NCBI GenBank assembly: GCA_037443265.1
Contig: JBBIOR010000008.1
Span: forward strand, 27,994-47,095
Direction: 5' to 3'
DNA from: Candidatus Fraserbacteria bacterium
GTDB taxonomy: Bacteria > Bipolaricaulota > Bipolaricaulia > RBG-16-55-9
DNA length: 19,102 nt
The translations under genes and the position numbers were made by a program. This document shows positions 7,613-16,106 of this stretch, one piece after another (position 1 is the first letter of the stretch; each line of letters starts with the position of its first letter). A model generated the notes under the pieces. It made no database searches. It had not been told where the DNA came from and saw nothing but the letters and a program-made list of their open reading frames with translations.

Positions 7613-7969
7613 TTAAAACGTGATCACCTGAAAGCCCTGAGCGATCAAGCCTCGCAGGCTGGGATGCTGAGCGTATTCATCTAACAGGGGGATCTTCTTA
7701 GCCAAGAGAGCGTTCTTGACCCCGAAGGCCGCCGCACAATAGCTACACGCCCCGGCTATTTTATCTTGCACGGCCTGATAGAGGGCATGGGCCTTATGGG
7801 AGGGCTCGGCCACTTCGGCCAGCCCCTTGGTCCCGCCACCATCGAAGATGAGCTTCACCTCATCGCGATGCTCCTTGAACTCCTTGGCCGCGATCAACGC
7901 GTTGACCAGGCGCCCCAGGCTCTCATGGGTCTCCGCATCCGCCAGCACGACAAGGGCCAGCTTCGCCAT
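7613..7969 (-). CDS. DsrE/DsrF-like family protein
   Basis: 118 aa; NAL..A, VKLIFDGGG, GACSYCA (CxxC), and GFQVITF C-terminus typical of the DsrE-like fold; purine-rich SD upstream. Confidence 0.75.
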   Translation of the reverse strand: MAKLALVVLADAETHESLGRLVNALIAAKEFKEHRDEVKLIFDGGGTKGLAEVAEPSHKAHALYQAVQDKIAGACSYCAAAFGVKNALLAKKIPLLDEYAQHPSLRGLIAQGFQVITF

Positions 7970-8045
7970 ATTCCCACCTTCTCCTTCTTCTTAAATCGAT
8001 TGAGTTGATTCTAGCCCTCTTCCAGTGGAGCGTCTGTAAGCCCCC

Positions 8046-9203
8046 TTACACGAGGCGGCGTGCGAGGAAGCGCTCCTCAATCTCTGGGAGGGAATCTCCG
8101 CTGAATTTCTCTAAGAAGGCATCGGCCAAGACGAGCGCTAACACCGCCTCGCCCACCACAGAAGCCGCTGGCACGGCACAGACATCCGAGCGCTCGATGT
8201 GCGCCTTCACGGGCTGCTTCGTGATCATATCCACAGAATCCAAGGGGCGCATCAGTGTCGAGAGGGGCTTCATCGCCACGCGTATGACCAGGGGCCCGCC
8301 GGTGCTCACCCCGCCTTCGATGCCCCCGGCCCGTGCCGTCTGACGATAGAACCCTCGCCCCTCTTCATAATAGATCAAATCGTGGGCTTCTGAGCCCCAG
8401 CGCTCGGCTACTTCCCTACCCAGCCCGAACTCCACGGCCTTCATGGCCTGAATGCTCAAGAGAGCCTGAGCGATGCGCGCATGCAGCTTGCGATCCCAGT
8501 GCACATAGCTTCCCAGGCCCACGGGCAGGCCAGTCGCCAGCAGCTCAAAGACCCCGCCCACAGTATCTCTCTTCTTTTGGGCCTCGTCGATGCGCTGGAT
8601 CATCTTCTCTTCGGCTGCTTTGTCCAGACAGCGCACGGGAGACTCATCCGCCCGCGCGGTGATCTCCTCAGGGGGGAGCGAAAGCGCATCCACTCTGCTT
8701 TGGGCATCGAGGATCTGCACTACGTGGCTTGTGATTTTAATCTGAAATCTCTCTAGGAACTGGCGGGCGATGGCCCCCAGAGCCACGCGCACGGCCGTCT
8801 CGCGCGCGCTGGCTCGCTCCAGCACATTGCGCAGATCCCGATGGCCGTATTTGAGAGCCCCGGCGAGATCCGCATGCCCCGGCCGCGGCACCGTCACCGG
8901 CTTATATTCAGCCGGCTTATGCCAAGGGTCCATCAGCCCTTCCCAGTTCTTCCAATCCCGATTCCAGATGAGCACCGCAATGGGACTGCCCAGCGTCACC
9001 CCAAAACGAACCCCCGCAAGAATCTGAGCTTCATCGTGCTCGATCTTCTGTCGAAAGCTGCGGCCATAGCCCCCCTGGCGCCGGCTAAGCTCGTGATTGA
9101 TCCTCTCTAAAGAAAGCTCCAGTCCGGCCGGCATGCCCTCTAAGATGCCGACCAGCGCCCGTCCGTGCGATTCCCCAGCCGTGAGATACCGCAGCCGACT
9201 CAT
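8046..9203 (-). CDS. aroC: Chorismate synthase
   Basis: LRYLTAGESHG, RRQGGYGR, PRPGHADL, ERASARETA, GGIEGG, ERSDVCAVP. Confidence 0.99.
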   Translation of the reverse strand: MSRLRYLTAGESHGRALVGILEGMPAGLELSLERINHELSRRQGGYGRSFRQKIEHDEAQILAGVRFGVTLGSPIAVLIWNRDWKNWEGLMDPWHKPAEYKPVTVPRPGHADLAGALKYGHRDLRNVLERASARETAVRVALGAIARQFLERFQIKITSHVVQILDAQSRVDALSLPPEEITARADESPVRCLDKAAEEKMIQRIDEAQKKRDTVGGVFELLATGLPVGLGSYVHWDRKLHARIAQALLSIQAMKAVEFGLGREVAERWGSEAHDLIYYEEGRGFYRQTARAGGIEGGVSTGGPLVIRVAMKPLSTLMRPLDSVDMITKQPVKAHIERSDVCAVPAASVVGEAVLALVLADAFLEKFSGDSLPEIEERFLARRLV

Positions 9204-9205
9204 GC

Positions 9206-10087
9206 CTATCCCCCTCTCTTCAGCAGAGCGCTCATTTGGGTTTTGAGTCTAGGGATCAGAGCTTCGGCCCTTCGGATCAGTTGCGGCCGGCCGAGAGGTG
9301 CCAGCCAGATCGCGAGCGATTCTAAAGCCTGATAGATCAGCATGTCTAGGCCATTCATGATCTGCGCCCCCTTCTCTTCGGCCTGCCTAAGGAGCGGAGT
9401 CTTTAAAGGATTATAGATCAAGTCATAGACGAGGAGGCCGGCATGTAGGCCGCAGGACCCTGCCAGTAGAGATTCCTCTTGCGCGGGATGCATGCCCACG
9501 GGCGTGGCATGGATCAAGAGCGAAACCTGTGGTAGAGCTTCGTCCAGGGTCGCTTCTTCCAGCACGTCAAACTGGTGGAAGCCCGTGGCCGAGGAGAGAT
9601 CCTGCGCGAGCCTGTGGGCACGGGCGGGAGTGCGATTCCAAAGGACGATCTTCCCAATGCCGCCGCGGATGAGCCCATAGAGAATAGCTCGGGCGGCCCC
9701 CCCGGCCCCCAGCACCACAGCCTGCTGCCCCTTCAGCGCGATGCCCCGCTCCCTAAGGGAGCGCAAGAACCCGATCCAATCGGTGTTATAGCCGATCAGG
9801 CAGCCAGCGTCGTTGTGGAGGGTGTTTACAGCCCCCACAAGCGCGGCTGCCGCATCCAAACCATCCAGCAACGAGGCGACTCGCTCCTTGTGGGGGAGAG
9901 TGACGTTCACTCCCACAAGGGAGCTCCCTCGCATCTCGGCCAAAAAGTCCGCAAGATCCTCGGAGCGCACACGCCAAGCCCGATAGTCCAACAGATCCTC
10001 CAAGCCCAGTTCCTTCAAAAGAGCGTCAAATAGGGCTGGGGAGAGCGAGTGCTGGATGGGATCTCCGATCACGCCTAAGAGTTTCAT
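9206..10087 (-). CDS. aroE: Shikimate dehydrogenase
   Basis: GDPIQHSLSP, NVTLPHK, GAVNT, NTDWIG, LGAGGAARA, YDLIYNP, GLDMLIYQA. Confidence 0.97.
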   Translation of the reverse strand: MKLLGVIGDPIQHSLSPALFDALLKELGLEDLLDYRAWRVRSEDLADFLAEMRGSSLVGVNVTLPHKERVASLLDGLDAAAALVGAVNTLHNDAGCLIGYNTDWIGFLRSLRERGIALKGQQAVVLGAGGAARAILYGLIRGGIGKIVLWNRTPARAHRLAQDLSSATGFHQFDVLEEATLDEALPQVSLLIHATPVGMHPAQEESLLAGSCGLHAGLLVYDLIYNPLKTPLLRQAEEKGAQIMNGLDMLIYQALESLAIWLAPLGRPQLIRRAEALIPRLKTQMSALLKRGG

Positions 10088-11367
10088 GGCTGCGCAAGCC
10101 CCCTAAGAGCTTGAAAGAAGCCGGGAAATGAGACATCAGCCCACTCGGCTCCGTGGATGACCGTCTCGCCCTGAGCGACTAGGCCCGCGACGGCAAACGC
10201 CATGGCGATCCGATGATCTCCGAAGCTCGCAAGCTGCGCCCCCTTTAGCGCTTGGGGTCCTGGGATCTCCCAGCCGTCTGCACGCTCCTTAAGCTCTACC
10301 CCCATGCGTTTTAAATTCAAAGTCACGGCCCGGATGCGATCCGTCTCCTTAACCCTGAGTTCTTGGGCATCGCGGATCACCGTGCGCCCATAGGCCTGGG
10401 TGGCTAAGAGAGCCAGAAGAGGCAGCTCATCGATCAAGCGGGGGATCTGCTCGCCTCCCACGGAGATGGCCTTTAAGCTCGAGCTCTCTATCATGAGATC
10501 GGCCCGCGGCTCGCCGCTTCTATCCCGCTCATTCTGGAGGGAGATTCTTGCCCCCATCCCACTTAGAGCCTCTAAGAAGCACGTCCGCGTGGGGTTTACA
10601 CCCACATCGCGAATGACCAGGCGAGAGTCCCTGACCAGCAGCGCCGCCGCGATGAAGAACGCGGCCGCGGAGAGATCACCGGGGATCTCTATCTGAATCT
10701 GAGAGGCCTTAAGATCCGACCCGCCGCGAAGGGCGATCGTGGGGCCATCTCGGGCCAGCTCGATCCCAAAGTGAGCCAGCAAGCGCTCGGTATGATCGCG
10801 CGTCTTTACCCTCTCTATGACGGTGGTGAGGCCTGCGGCATAGAGCCCGGCCAGCAGCACGCACGACTTGAGCTGGGAGCTGGCTACGGGCATCTCATAC
10901 GTGATGCCCTGCAAATTCCCGCCGCGGATCACCAGAGGGGCTCGTCCTCCCTGATGCTCGATGCGCGCGCCCATTCTCGTTAAGGGCTGGATGATCCGCG
11001 CCATCGGACGCCTCCTTAAAGACTCATCTCCCGTGATCGTGGCTGAGAAATCTTGGCCGGCCAGCACGCCGCAGAGCAGCCTCATTGTCGTGCCGGAGTT
11101 TCCCGCATCGAGGACCCCTTTAGGAGGGGAAAGATCAAGCCCGCAGCCGCGCACGATGGCTTCTGCCTCTCTTTTAGAGATCTCCACACCCAGCGCGCGC
11201 AGACAGCCCAGCGTGCTCCCTACATCCCGGCCCGACCCCAAATTCTCAAGGCGGGTCTCTCCCTCGGCCAGAGCCCCCAAGATCAGAGCCCGATGCGAGA
11301 TGGATTTATCGCCCGGCACCGTGAGGGTGCCTCTTAAGCCTTGCGCCGGCCGAATCCTCTGTTCCAT
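10084..11367 (-). CDS. aroA: EPSP synthase (3-phosphoshikimate 1-carboxyvinyltransferase)
   Basis: PGDKSISHR, DAGNSGTTMRL, RRPMAR, RDHTER, LRVKETDRI, DHRIAMA. Confidence 0.98.
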   Translation of the reverse strand: MEQRIRPAQGLRGTLTVPGDKSISHRALILGALAEGETRLENLGSGRDVGSTLGCLRALGVEISKREAEAIVRGCGLDLSPPKGVLDAGNSGTTMRLLCGVLAGQDFSATITGDESLRRRPMARIIQPLTRMGARIEHQGGRAPLVIRGGNLQGITYEMPVASSQLKSCVLLAGLYAAGLTTVIERVKTRDHTERLLAHFGIELARDGPTIALRGGSDLKASQIQIEIPGDLSAAAFFIAAALLVRDSRLVIRDVGVNPTRTCFLEALSGMGARISLQNERDRSGEPRADLMIESSSLKAISVGGEQIPRLIDELPLLALLATQAYGRTVIRDAQELRVKETDRIRAVTLNLKRMGVELKERADGWEIPGPQALKGAQLASFGDHRIAMAFAVAGLVAQGETVIHGAEWADVSFPGFFQALRGLAQP

Positions 11368-11374
11368 AGTGGAT

Positions 11375-12472
11375 TCAATCGATCATTAGGCTCTCATAGC
11401 CGATGGCCCTAAGCAGCTGCTGGACCCGGATCGCCTCCTCAGGCCGCGCAAAGTAGAGATGGAAGGTGCCACCGGCACCCTCGCGCACCCTCAATAACTC
11501 AATGTCGCTGATGTTGATCCCTGCCCGAGCGATGGCCGTGGTGATGGCGGCCAGTTCTCCGGGTCGGTCCGGGACGACCACCGCCAGCCGATAAAGAGCC
11601 TGCAAGAAGCCCTTGGAGCGCGGCGGAAGTGCGTTGCGGAAGTCTGCAGCCTTCTGGAAGCTCTCCCTAAGCGTGCCCCGCCTAAGAGCGCTATGCATCG
11701 CGCGAAGTTGCGAAATCATAGCCTCCAAGGCTTGCTCAATCTCTGGCTGATTGGTGAAGAGGATGTCGTGCCAGAGCTCATAAGGCGAGCTCGCAATGCG
11801 AGTCATGTCTCGCAAGCCTCCGGCTGCCAGCTCCCTGTAGAAGCCGTCGCGGGCACTCTTCTCCCCAATGAGATGGGTCAGAGCGACCGCCAACAGCTGC
11901 GGAAGATGACTGACGTAGGCTGCCAGGCGATCGTGGTGCTCTGGGCTGAGCAAGAGCGGAGAAGCTCCCAGCTGCCGCAAAAAATCGGCCAGCCTCTGGG
12001 CTTTTTCGTCATCCGGGCGAAGCGGGGTGAGCACATAGATGGCGTTCTCAAACAAGAACGGATCGGCAGCCTCTAGGCCCTTCCTCTCCGAGCCGGTCAT
12101 GGGATGGCCGCCCACGAAGTTTTGGGGCAGATATTTTTGGGCCGCGCGGCAGATCTCTCGCTTGGTCGAGCCCAGATCCGACACGATCGCTCCCGGCGGG
12201 ATACAGGGAGCTAGAGCGGGCAGAAGCGCTAAAATGGCTCCAATGGGCGTGGCCAGAAAGATCAAGTCCGCATCCGTCACACCCTCGACCAGATCGGGCG
12301 TGCCCCAATGGATGGCTCCGCGCTCCTGCGCTCGCAAAAGGATCGCAGTGTTCTGATCGACACCGATCACGTCCACTTCGGGGCAGAAGCGCTTGATGGC
12401 TAGGCCCAGCGAGCCGCCCATCAGGCCCACGCCCACAATCGTCACTCGCCTAGGGCTTGGTAGGGAGGCCAT
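11375..12472 (-). CDS. tyrA: Prephenate/arogenate dehydrogenase with C-terminal ACT domain
   Basis: IVGVGLMGGS, DLGSTK, GGHPMTGSE, HD..AYVSHLPQ, RDMTRIASS; ACT motif VPDRPGELA...GINISDI. Confidence 0.95.
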   Translation of the reverse strand: MASLPSPRRVTIVGVGLMGGSLGLAIKRFCPEVDVIGVDQNTAILLRAQERGAIHWGTPDLVEGVTDADLIFLATPIGAILALLPALAPCIPPGAIVSDLGSTKREICRAAQKYLPQNFVGGHPMTGSERKGLEAADPFLFENAIYVLTPLRPDDEKAQRLADFLRQLGASPLLLSPEHHDRLAAYVSHLPQLLAVALTHLIGEKSARDGFYRELAAGGLRDMTRIASSPYELWHDILFTNQPEIEQALEAMISQLRAMHSALRRGTLRESFQKAADFRNALPPRSKGFLQALYRLAVVVPDRPGELAAITTAIARAGINISDIELLRVREGAGGTFHLYFARPEEAIRVQQLLRAIGYESLMID

Positions 12473-13316
12473 AGCTCACCAGCCTGCGGTCGACTGTCGG
12501 AGCCAGGGCCGCCAGTCTTCCCATCAGTTGCCGGAACTCTTCTGGCCGCAGCGACTGAGGCCCATCGCTTAGGGCGCGTTCCGGGTCGTGATGGACTTCT
12601 ACGATCAACCCATCGGCACCTGCGGCAATCCCGGCCAGCGCCAAGGGGATGACCTTCGCCCGATCCCCGGCCGCATGGCTGGGATCAATAATCACGGGCA
12701 GATGCGACAGTTGCTTCAAGGCCGGAATGGCCCCGATGTCCAGCGTAAAGCGCGTGTGATCACAGAACGTACGGATGCCTCGCTCGCACAGGATCACGCG
12801 CGGATTCCCTGCCGATAGCACGTATTCTGCCGCCCAGAGCAGCTCTTCCAGTGTGGCCGCCAGGCCCCGCTTGAGTAACACGGGCTTATCGATCTGCCCT
12901 ATGGCTCGCAGGAGCGGGAAGTTCTGCATGTTGCGCGCCCCAATCTGCAAAATATCCGCATAGCGCGCGACCCGCTCTAAGTGCGTGCTCTCAAGCACCT
13001 CCGTGACGACCAAAAGGCCATGCTCATCGGCCGCCCTTCTCAGCCAGCGTAGAGCCTTCTCGCCCAGACCCTGAAAGCTGTACGGAGATGTGCGCGGCTT
13101 GTACGCACCACCCCGCAAGATCTTTGCGCCAGCCCTGGCCACCTGTTCTGCGATGATGCAGATCTGTTCGGGATCCTCCACGGAGCACGGCCCGGCCATG
13201 ATCACCAGTTCCGAGCTGCCAATGCGCACCCCGCTGAGTTCGATCACCGTGCCCTGGGGGTTCCAGGCCCGGCTGGCCAGTAGCCTCTCGCCAGGCTTCG
13301 TCGTCGCCATCACCAT
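12450..13316 (-). CDS. aroF: DAHP synthase, class I-beta, catalytic barrel only
   Basis: MAGPCSVE, RGGAYKPRTSPYSFQG, IGARNMQN, LCERGIRTF, DPSHAAG, SDGPQSL; 288 aa with no N-terminal regulatory domain. Confidence 0.96.
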   Translation of the reverse strand: MVMATTKPGERLLASRAWNPQGTVIELSGVRIGSSELVIMAGPCSVEDPEQICIIAEQVARAGAKILRGGAYKPRTSPYSFQGLGEKALRWLRRAADEHGLLVVTEVLESTHLERVARYADILQIGARNMQNFPLLRAIGQIDKPVLLKRGLAATLEELLWAAEYVLSAGNPRVILCERGIRTFCDHTRFTLDIGAIPALKQLSHLPVIIDPSHAAGDRAKVIPLALAGIAAGADGLIVEVHHDPERALSDGPQSLRPEEFRQLMGRLAALAPTVDRRLVSYGLPTKP

Positions 13317-13321
13317 AGCAA

Positions 13322-13438
13322 CCTCCTGATGCTTTTGAGCCCGCTGAGAGCCTCAGACGCTCTCAGGCGCTTGCCGTACCGTCGCGGAAAAGCAAAGGAA
13401 AAGTGAGATGGGAAGGTTTATTGGCCCCGGAGGGGCCA
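13322..13438 (-). promoter_or_regulatory. Structured leader region of the aroF operon (putative attenuator)
   Basis: Hairpin TGGCCCC-tcc-GGGGCCA (13438-13422); pyrimidine tract 13416-13386; hairpin CTGAGAGC-N7-GCTCTCAG (13366-13344); 13400-13388 can pair with AAAAGCA..AGGAG at the aroF SD. Confidence 0.6.
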
Positions 13439-13510
13439 GAAATAGAAGGCAAAAGAGAAGCTCAAGTAGAAGGCCTGTTGTGGAATCTTACTCAGCTGTA
13501 AGCCCGCCAT
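13418..13510 (-). CDS. Aromatic-rich leader peptide MAGLQLSKIPQQAFYLSFSFAFYFWPLRGQ
   Basis: 30 codons; SD AGAGGAG 8 nt upstream; 5 Phe, 2 Tyr and 1 Trp within codons 14-25; lies between the promoter and aroF. Confidence 0.85.
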   Translation of the reverse strand: MAGLQLSKIPQQAFYLSFSFAFYFWPLRGQ

Positions 13511-13536
13511 CTCTTACGCTCCTCTTGTGAGAGGTC

Positions 13537-13565
13537 ACTATAGCATGATTCACCGACTTTGTCAA
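13537..13565 (-). promoter_or_regulatory. sigma70 promoter of the leader-aroF-tyrA-aroA-aroE-aroC operon
   Basis: TTGACA (13565-13560, overlapping the pheA TGA stop), 17 nt, TATAGT (13542-13537) with extended -10 TGn. Confidence 0.88.
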
Positions 13566-14125
13566 GGCCTGGCTGCGAGCCGAGGGGCAATCACCAAGAA
13601 GCGTGTAGTATTGTCCGGTTGCGAGGAGATTCCTTCTCTCAAGATGATGAGGCCGTAGAGTCGGGCCACCCTCTCCCCAGCGATAGCAGCTCGGTCGAGA
13701 TCTCCTACGGCTTGGATCTGCTTGGCGGCTCCAGCCGTATCATAGAAGGCATGCACCTGGACTCCCAATTGCTCCAGAAAATCCCTACACTGCATAAGAG
13801 CCTGAGGATGAGAGTACACGTGCCGAATCGCTTCCAAGGAACTGCCCGGATTCCCCAAGAGGCAGTGCTCAATTCTTAGGGAGACGGAGTCGAGAATTCT
13901 CACCGGCTGCTTCGCTAAGAGTTCTTGAACTTCAGCAATGACGCCGGTGATCGAGTTCTCGATGGGAATGACAGCCGCTTCTGCCTCCCCTTGGCTTAGC
14001 CGCGCGAAGACCTCCGCAAAGGTGCGGCAGGGCACCGTCTGCGGGCTTGGGCCAAAATACCGTTCGATGGCTTCCTCTCCGTAGGCCCCTGGCTCTCCTT
14101 GAAAGGCAATGCGCTTCTTCCTCAT
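13562..14125 (-). CDS. pheA: Prephenate dehydratase, catalytic domain only (no ACT)
   Basis: IAFQGEPGAYGE, IPIENSITG, YSHPQALMQC, DTAGAA, NTTRFLVI; stops a few residues after the TRF motif. Confidence 0.93.
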   Translation of the reverse strand: MRKKRIAFQGEPGAYGEEAIERYFGPSPQTVPCRTFAEVFARLSQGEAEAAVIPIENSITGVIAEVQELLAKQPVRILDSVSLRIEHCLLGNPGSSLEAIRHVYSHPQALMQCRDFLEQLGVQVHAFYDTAGAAKQIQAVGDLDRAAIAGERVARLYGLIILREGISSQPDNTTRFLVIAPRLAARP

Positions 14126-14403
14126 CGCTTCTTTCTTTCAGGGACAGTGATCTGCTCCTCCAGGCGACGCGATTCGAGAAAGATGGCTTTAAAGATGCGC
14201 TGCACGGCGGCTTGACTGAGAGGTCCGCGATTCTGGGCCTCCAAGCGGGCGAGCACTTCCTCCTCCCGCTCCGGAGAGTGAATCGGCAACCCTTGACGAG
14301 CCTTCTCGCGCCCGATGGCCAAGGCGCACTCAGCACGCTCATTGAGCAGCTTGAGGAGCTGCTCATCGATCTCATCGATCCTCTTGCGCCGCTCTTCGAT
14401 CAT
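14122..14403 (-). CDS. Chorismate mutase (AroQ class / type II), standalone
   Basis: [18 protein letters not shown]...IGREK...PEREEEVL...IFLESRRLE. Confidence 0.93.
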   Translation of the reverse strand: MIEERRKRIDEIDEQLLKLLNERAECALAIGREKARQGLPIHSPEREEEVLARLEAQNRGPLSQAAVQRIFKAIFLESRRLEEQITVPERKKR

Positions 14404-14849
14404 CCAGAAGGCCTCCTCAGGGAAAGTTGCCGCAATCTCTCAATGCCCTCTAAATAGCTCTTAAGACCTCCACCACAGATCTGGGCCAAGCAGACAGGCG
14501 CGATGACGGACACAGCTCGAAATGCCTCTCTATGATAGATGTCGGACAGATGGACTTCCACGGTGGGAATCCCCACAGCCGCAATGGCATCCCGCAGCGC
14601 ATAGCTGTAATGCGTAAGCGCCCCTGGGTTGATCACAACGCCCTCGGCCCAACGCCGCTCCTCGTGCAACTTGTCGATGAGCGCCCCTTCATGATTCGAT
14701 TGGAAGATTTTAAGCTCGAGTCCCCGGGCAGAAGCAAAGCTCTCCAGGGCGCGATTGAGCTCCTCCAGCGTGAGCGGGCCGTAGATGTGCCTCTCCCGCT
14801 CCCCTAAGAGATTCAAATTCGGCCCGTGAAGGACGAGAATCCGCTTCAT
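14400..14849 (-). CDS. aroQ: Type II 3-dehydroquinate dehydratase
   Basis: [44 protein letters not shown]. Confidence 0.98.
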   Translation of the reverse strand: MKRILVLHGPNLNLLGERERHIYGPLTLEELNRALESFASARGLELKIFQSNHEGALIDKLHEERRWAEGVVINPGALTHYSYALRDAIAAVGIPTVEVHLSDIYHREAFRAVSVIAPVCLAQICGGGLKSYLEGIERLRQLSLRRPSG

Positions 14850-15934
14850 CTTCGCCCCTGAAGATACCCTAAGGCCCCTACGAGTTCCTCTTCGCTGACG
14901 TCATCGCGCACGACAGCCTCCCCGATCCGGCGAAGCAGCACAAAATGGAGCTTATTGTGATAGATCTTCTTGTCTTGATAGACGTAACTGAGCACCACCT
15001 CCGCCCTCAGCGGGGGCAGGCGAGAGGGAGCTAGCTGCCCCAGGAGCCACATAACGCGCGTAGACTCCTTCTTAGAGAGCAGGCCCTTCTCCCAAGAGAG
15101 CCAGGCGGCGGCCCGCATCCCCCAAGCCACCGCCTCCCCGTGCCGGATTTGATAATTCAGTGCTGCTTCCAGGGCATGGCCGATCGTATGCCCGAAGTTG
15201 AGCAGCCTCCGCACCCCCTGCTCCCGCTCATCCTCCACCACGATCGAACTCTTAATCGCCACACAACGGGCGATTATCTTTGGCCAAAGCCCCTCATCCT
15301 GCTTTTCCGCAAGAGAAGGCCAGCGCTCCTCTAAGAGCGCAAAGAATCTCTCATCGCGGATCAGGGCATATTTGATGATTTCCGCCAGGCCCGAGCGCCA
15401 CTCTCCCAAAGGCAGACTCCTCAAGAGCGCAGGATCGATCAGCACGAAGCGCGGCTGATGGAAGGCCCCTATGAGGTTCTTCCCCAAGCGGTGATTGATC
15501 CCGACTTTGCCTCCGACGCTGCTGTCGACTTGGGCCACGAGAGTCGTCGGGACCTGGACCCAGCAGACGCCGCGCAGGAAGGTGGCGGCCACAAAGCCCG
15601 CCACATCCCCGATGACCCCGCCTCCTAAGGCAATTATGGTCGCATCCCGCCGGAAGCGCGCTGCAATCAGCCTTTCAAAAATCGCATCCACGGTCGCTAG
15701 GCTCTTGGAGCGCTCTCCGGCCTCTAGCAGTATGGGCTCGGCTCGGATGCCGCATCGAGCCAGGCTCTCAAGGGCCCGATCGAGATAGAGCTTAGCTACG
15801 ATCTCATCCGTTACTATGGTGGCCTGAGGACCCAGGCTGTGATCTTGATAGAATCTTCCCAGCTCCTCTAGCAGGCCGCTTCCCATATAGATGGGATAAG
15901 TGCGCTCGGCCAGCTCCACCCGGATGATCTCCAA
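14846..15934 (-). CDS. aroB: 3-dehydroquinate synthase
   Basis: [60 protein letters not shown] start with SD GAAGGAGG. Confidence 0.98.
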   Translation of the reverse strand: MEIIRVELAERTYPIYMGSGLLEELGRFYQDHSLGPQATIVTDEIVAKLYLDRALESLARCGIRAEPILLEAGERSKSLATVDAIFERLIAARFRRDATIIALGGGVIGDVAGFVAATFLRGVCWVQVPTTLVAQVDSSVGGKVGINHRLGKNLIGAFHQPRFVLIDPALLRSLPLGEWRSGLAEIIKYALIRDERFFALLEERWPSLAEKQDEGLWPKIIARCVAIKSSIVVEDEREQGVRRLLNFGHTIGHALEAALNYQIRHGEAVAWGMRAAAWLSWEKGLLSKKESTRVMWLLGQLAPSRLPPLRAEVVLSYVYQDKKIYHNKLHFVLLRRIGEAVVRDDVSEEELVGALGYLQGRR

Positions 15935-15958
15935 ATTGGGCCCTCCTTCAGCCCCTCA

Positions 15959-15987
15959 CGTATAGGCCGTTTCCCCTGCCGTGTCAA
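15959..15987 (-). promoter_or_regulatory. Putative promoter of aroB-aroQ-CM-pheA
   Basis: TTGACA (15987-15982), 17 nt, TATACG (15964-15959). Confidence 0.55.
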
Positions 15988-16066
15988 GCGCCCCGGCGAC
16001 CGGACCTGCTCAAATTCCCCCAATCGCAAGCTCCGCCGTGTGAAATGCGAGGCAAGCAAGAGAGAG

Positions 16067-16096
16067 TTGATTTTCCCACTCCCTTTGGCGTACATT
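16067..16096 (+). promoter_or_regulatory. Putative promoter of the acyl-CoA dehydrogenase gene
   Basis: TTGATT (16067-16072), 18 nt, TACATT (16091-16096), 10 nt before ATG 16107. Confidence 0.45.
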
Positions 16097-16106
16097 GCCT
16101 TCATCT

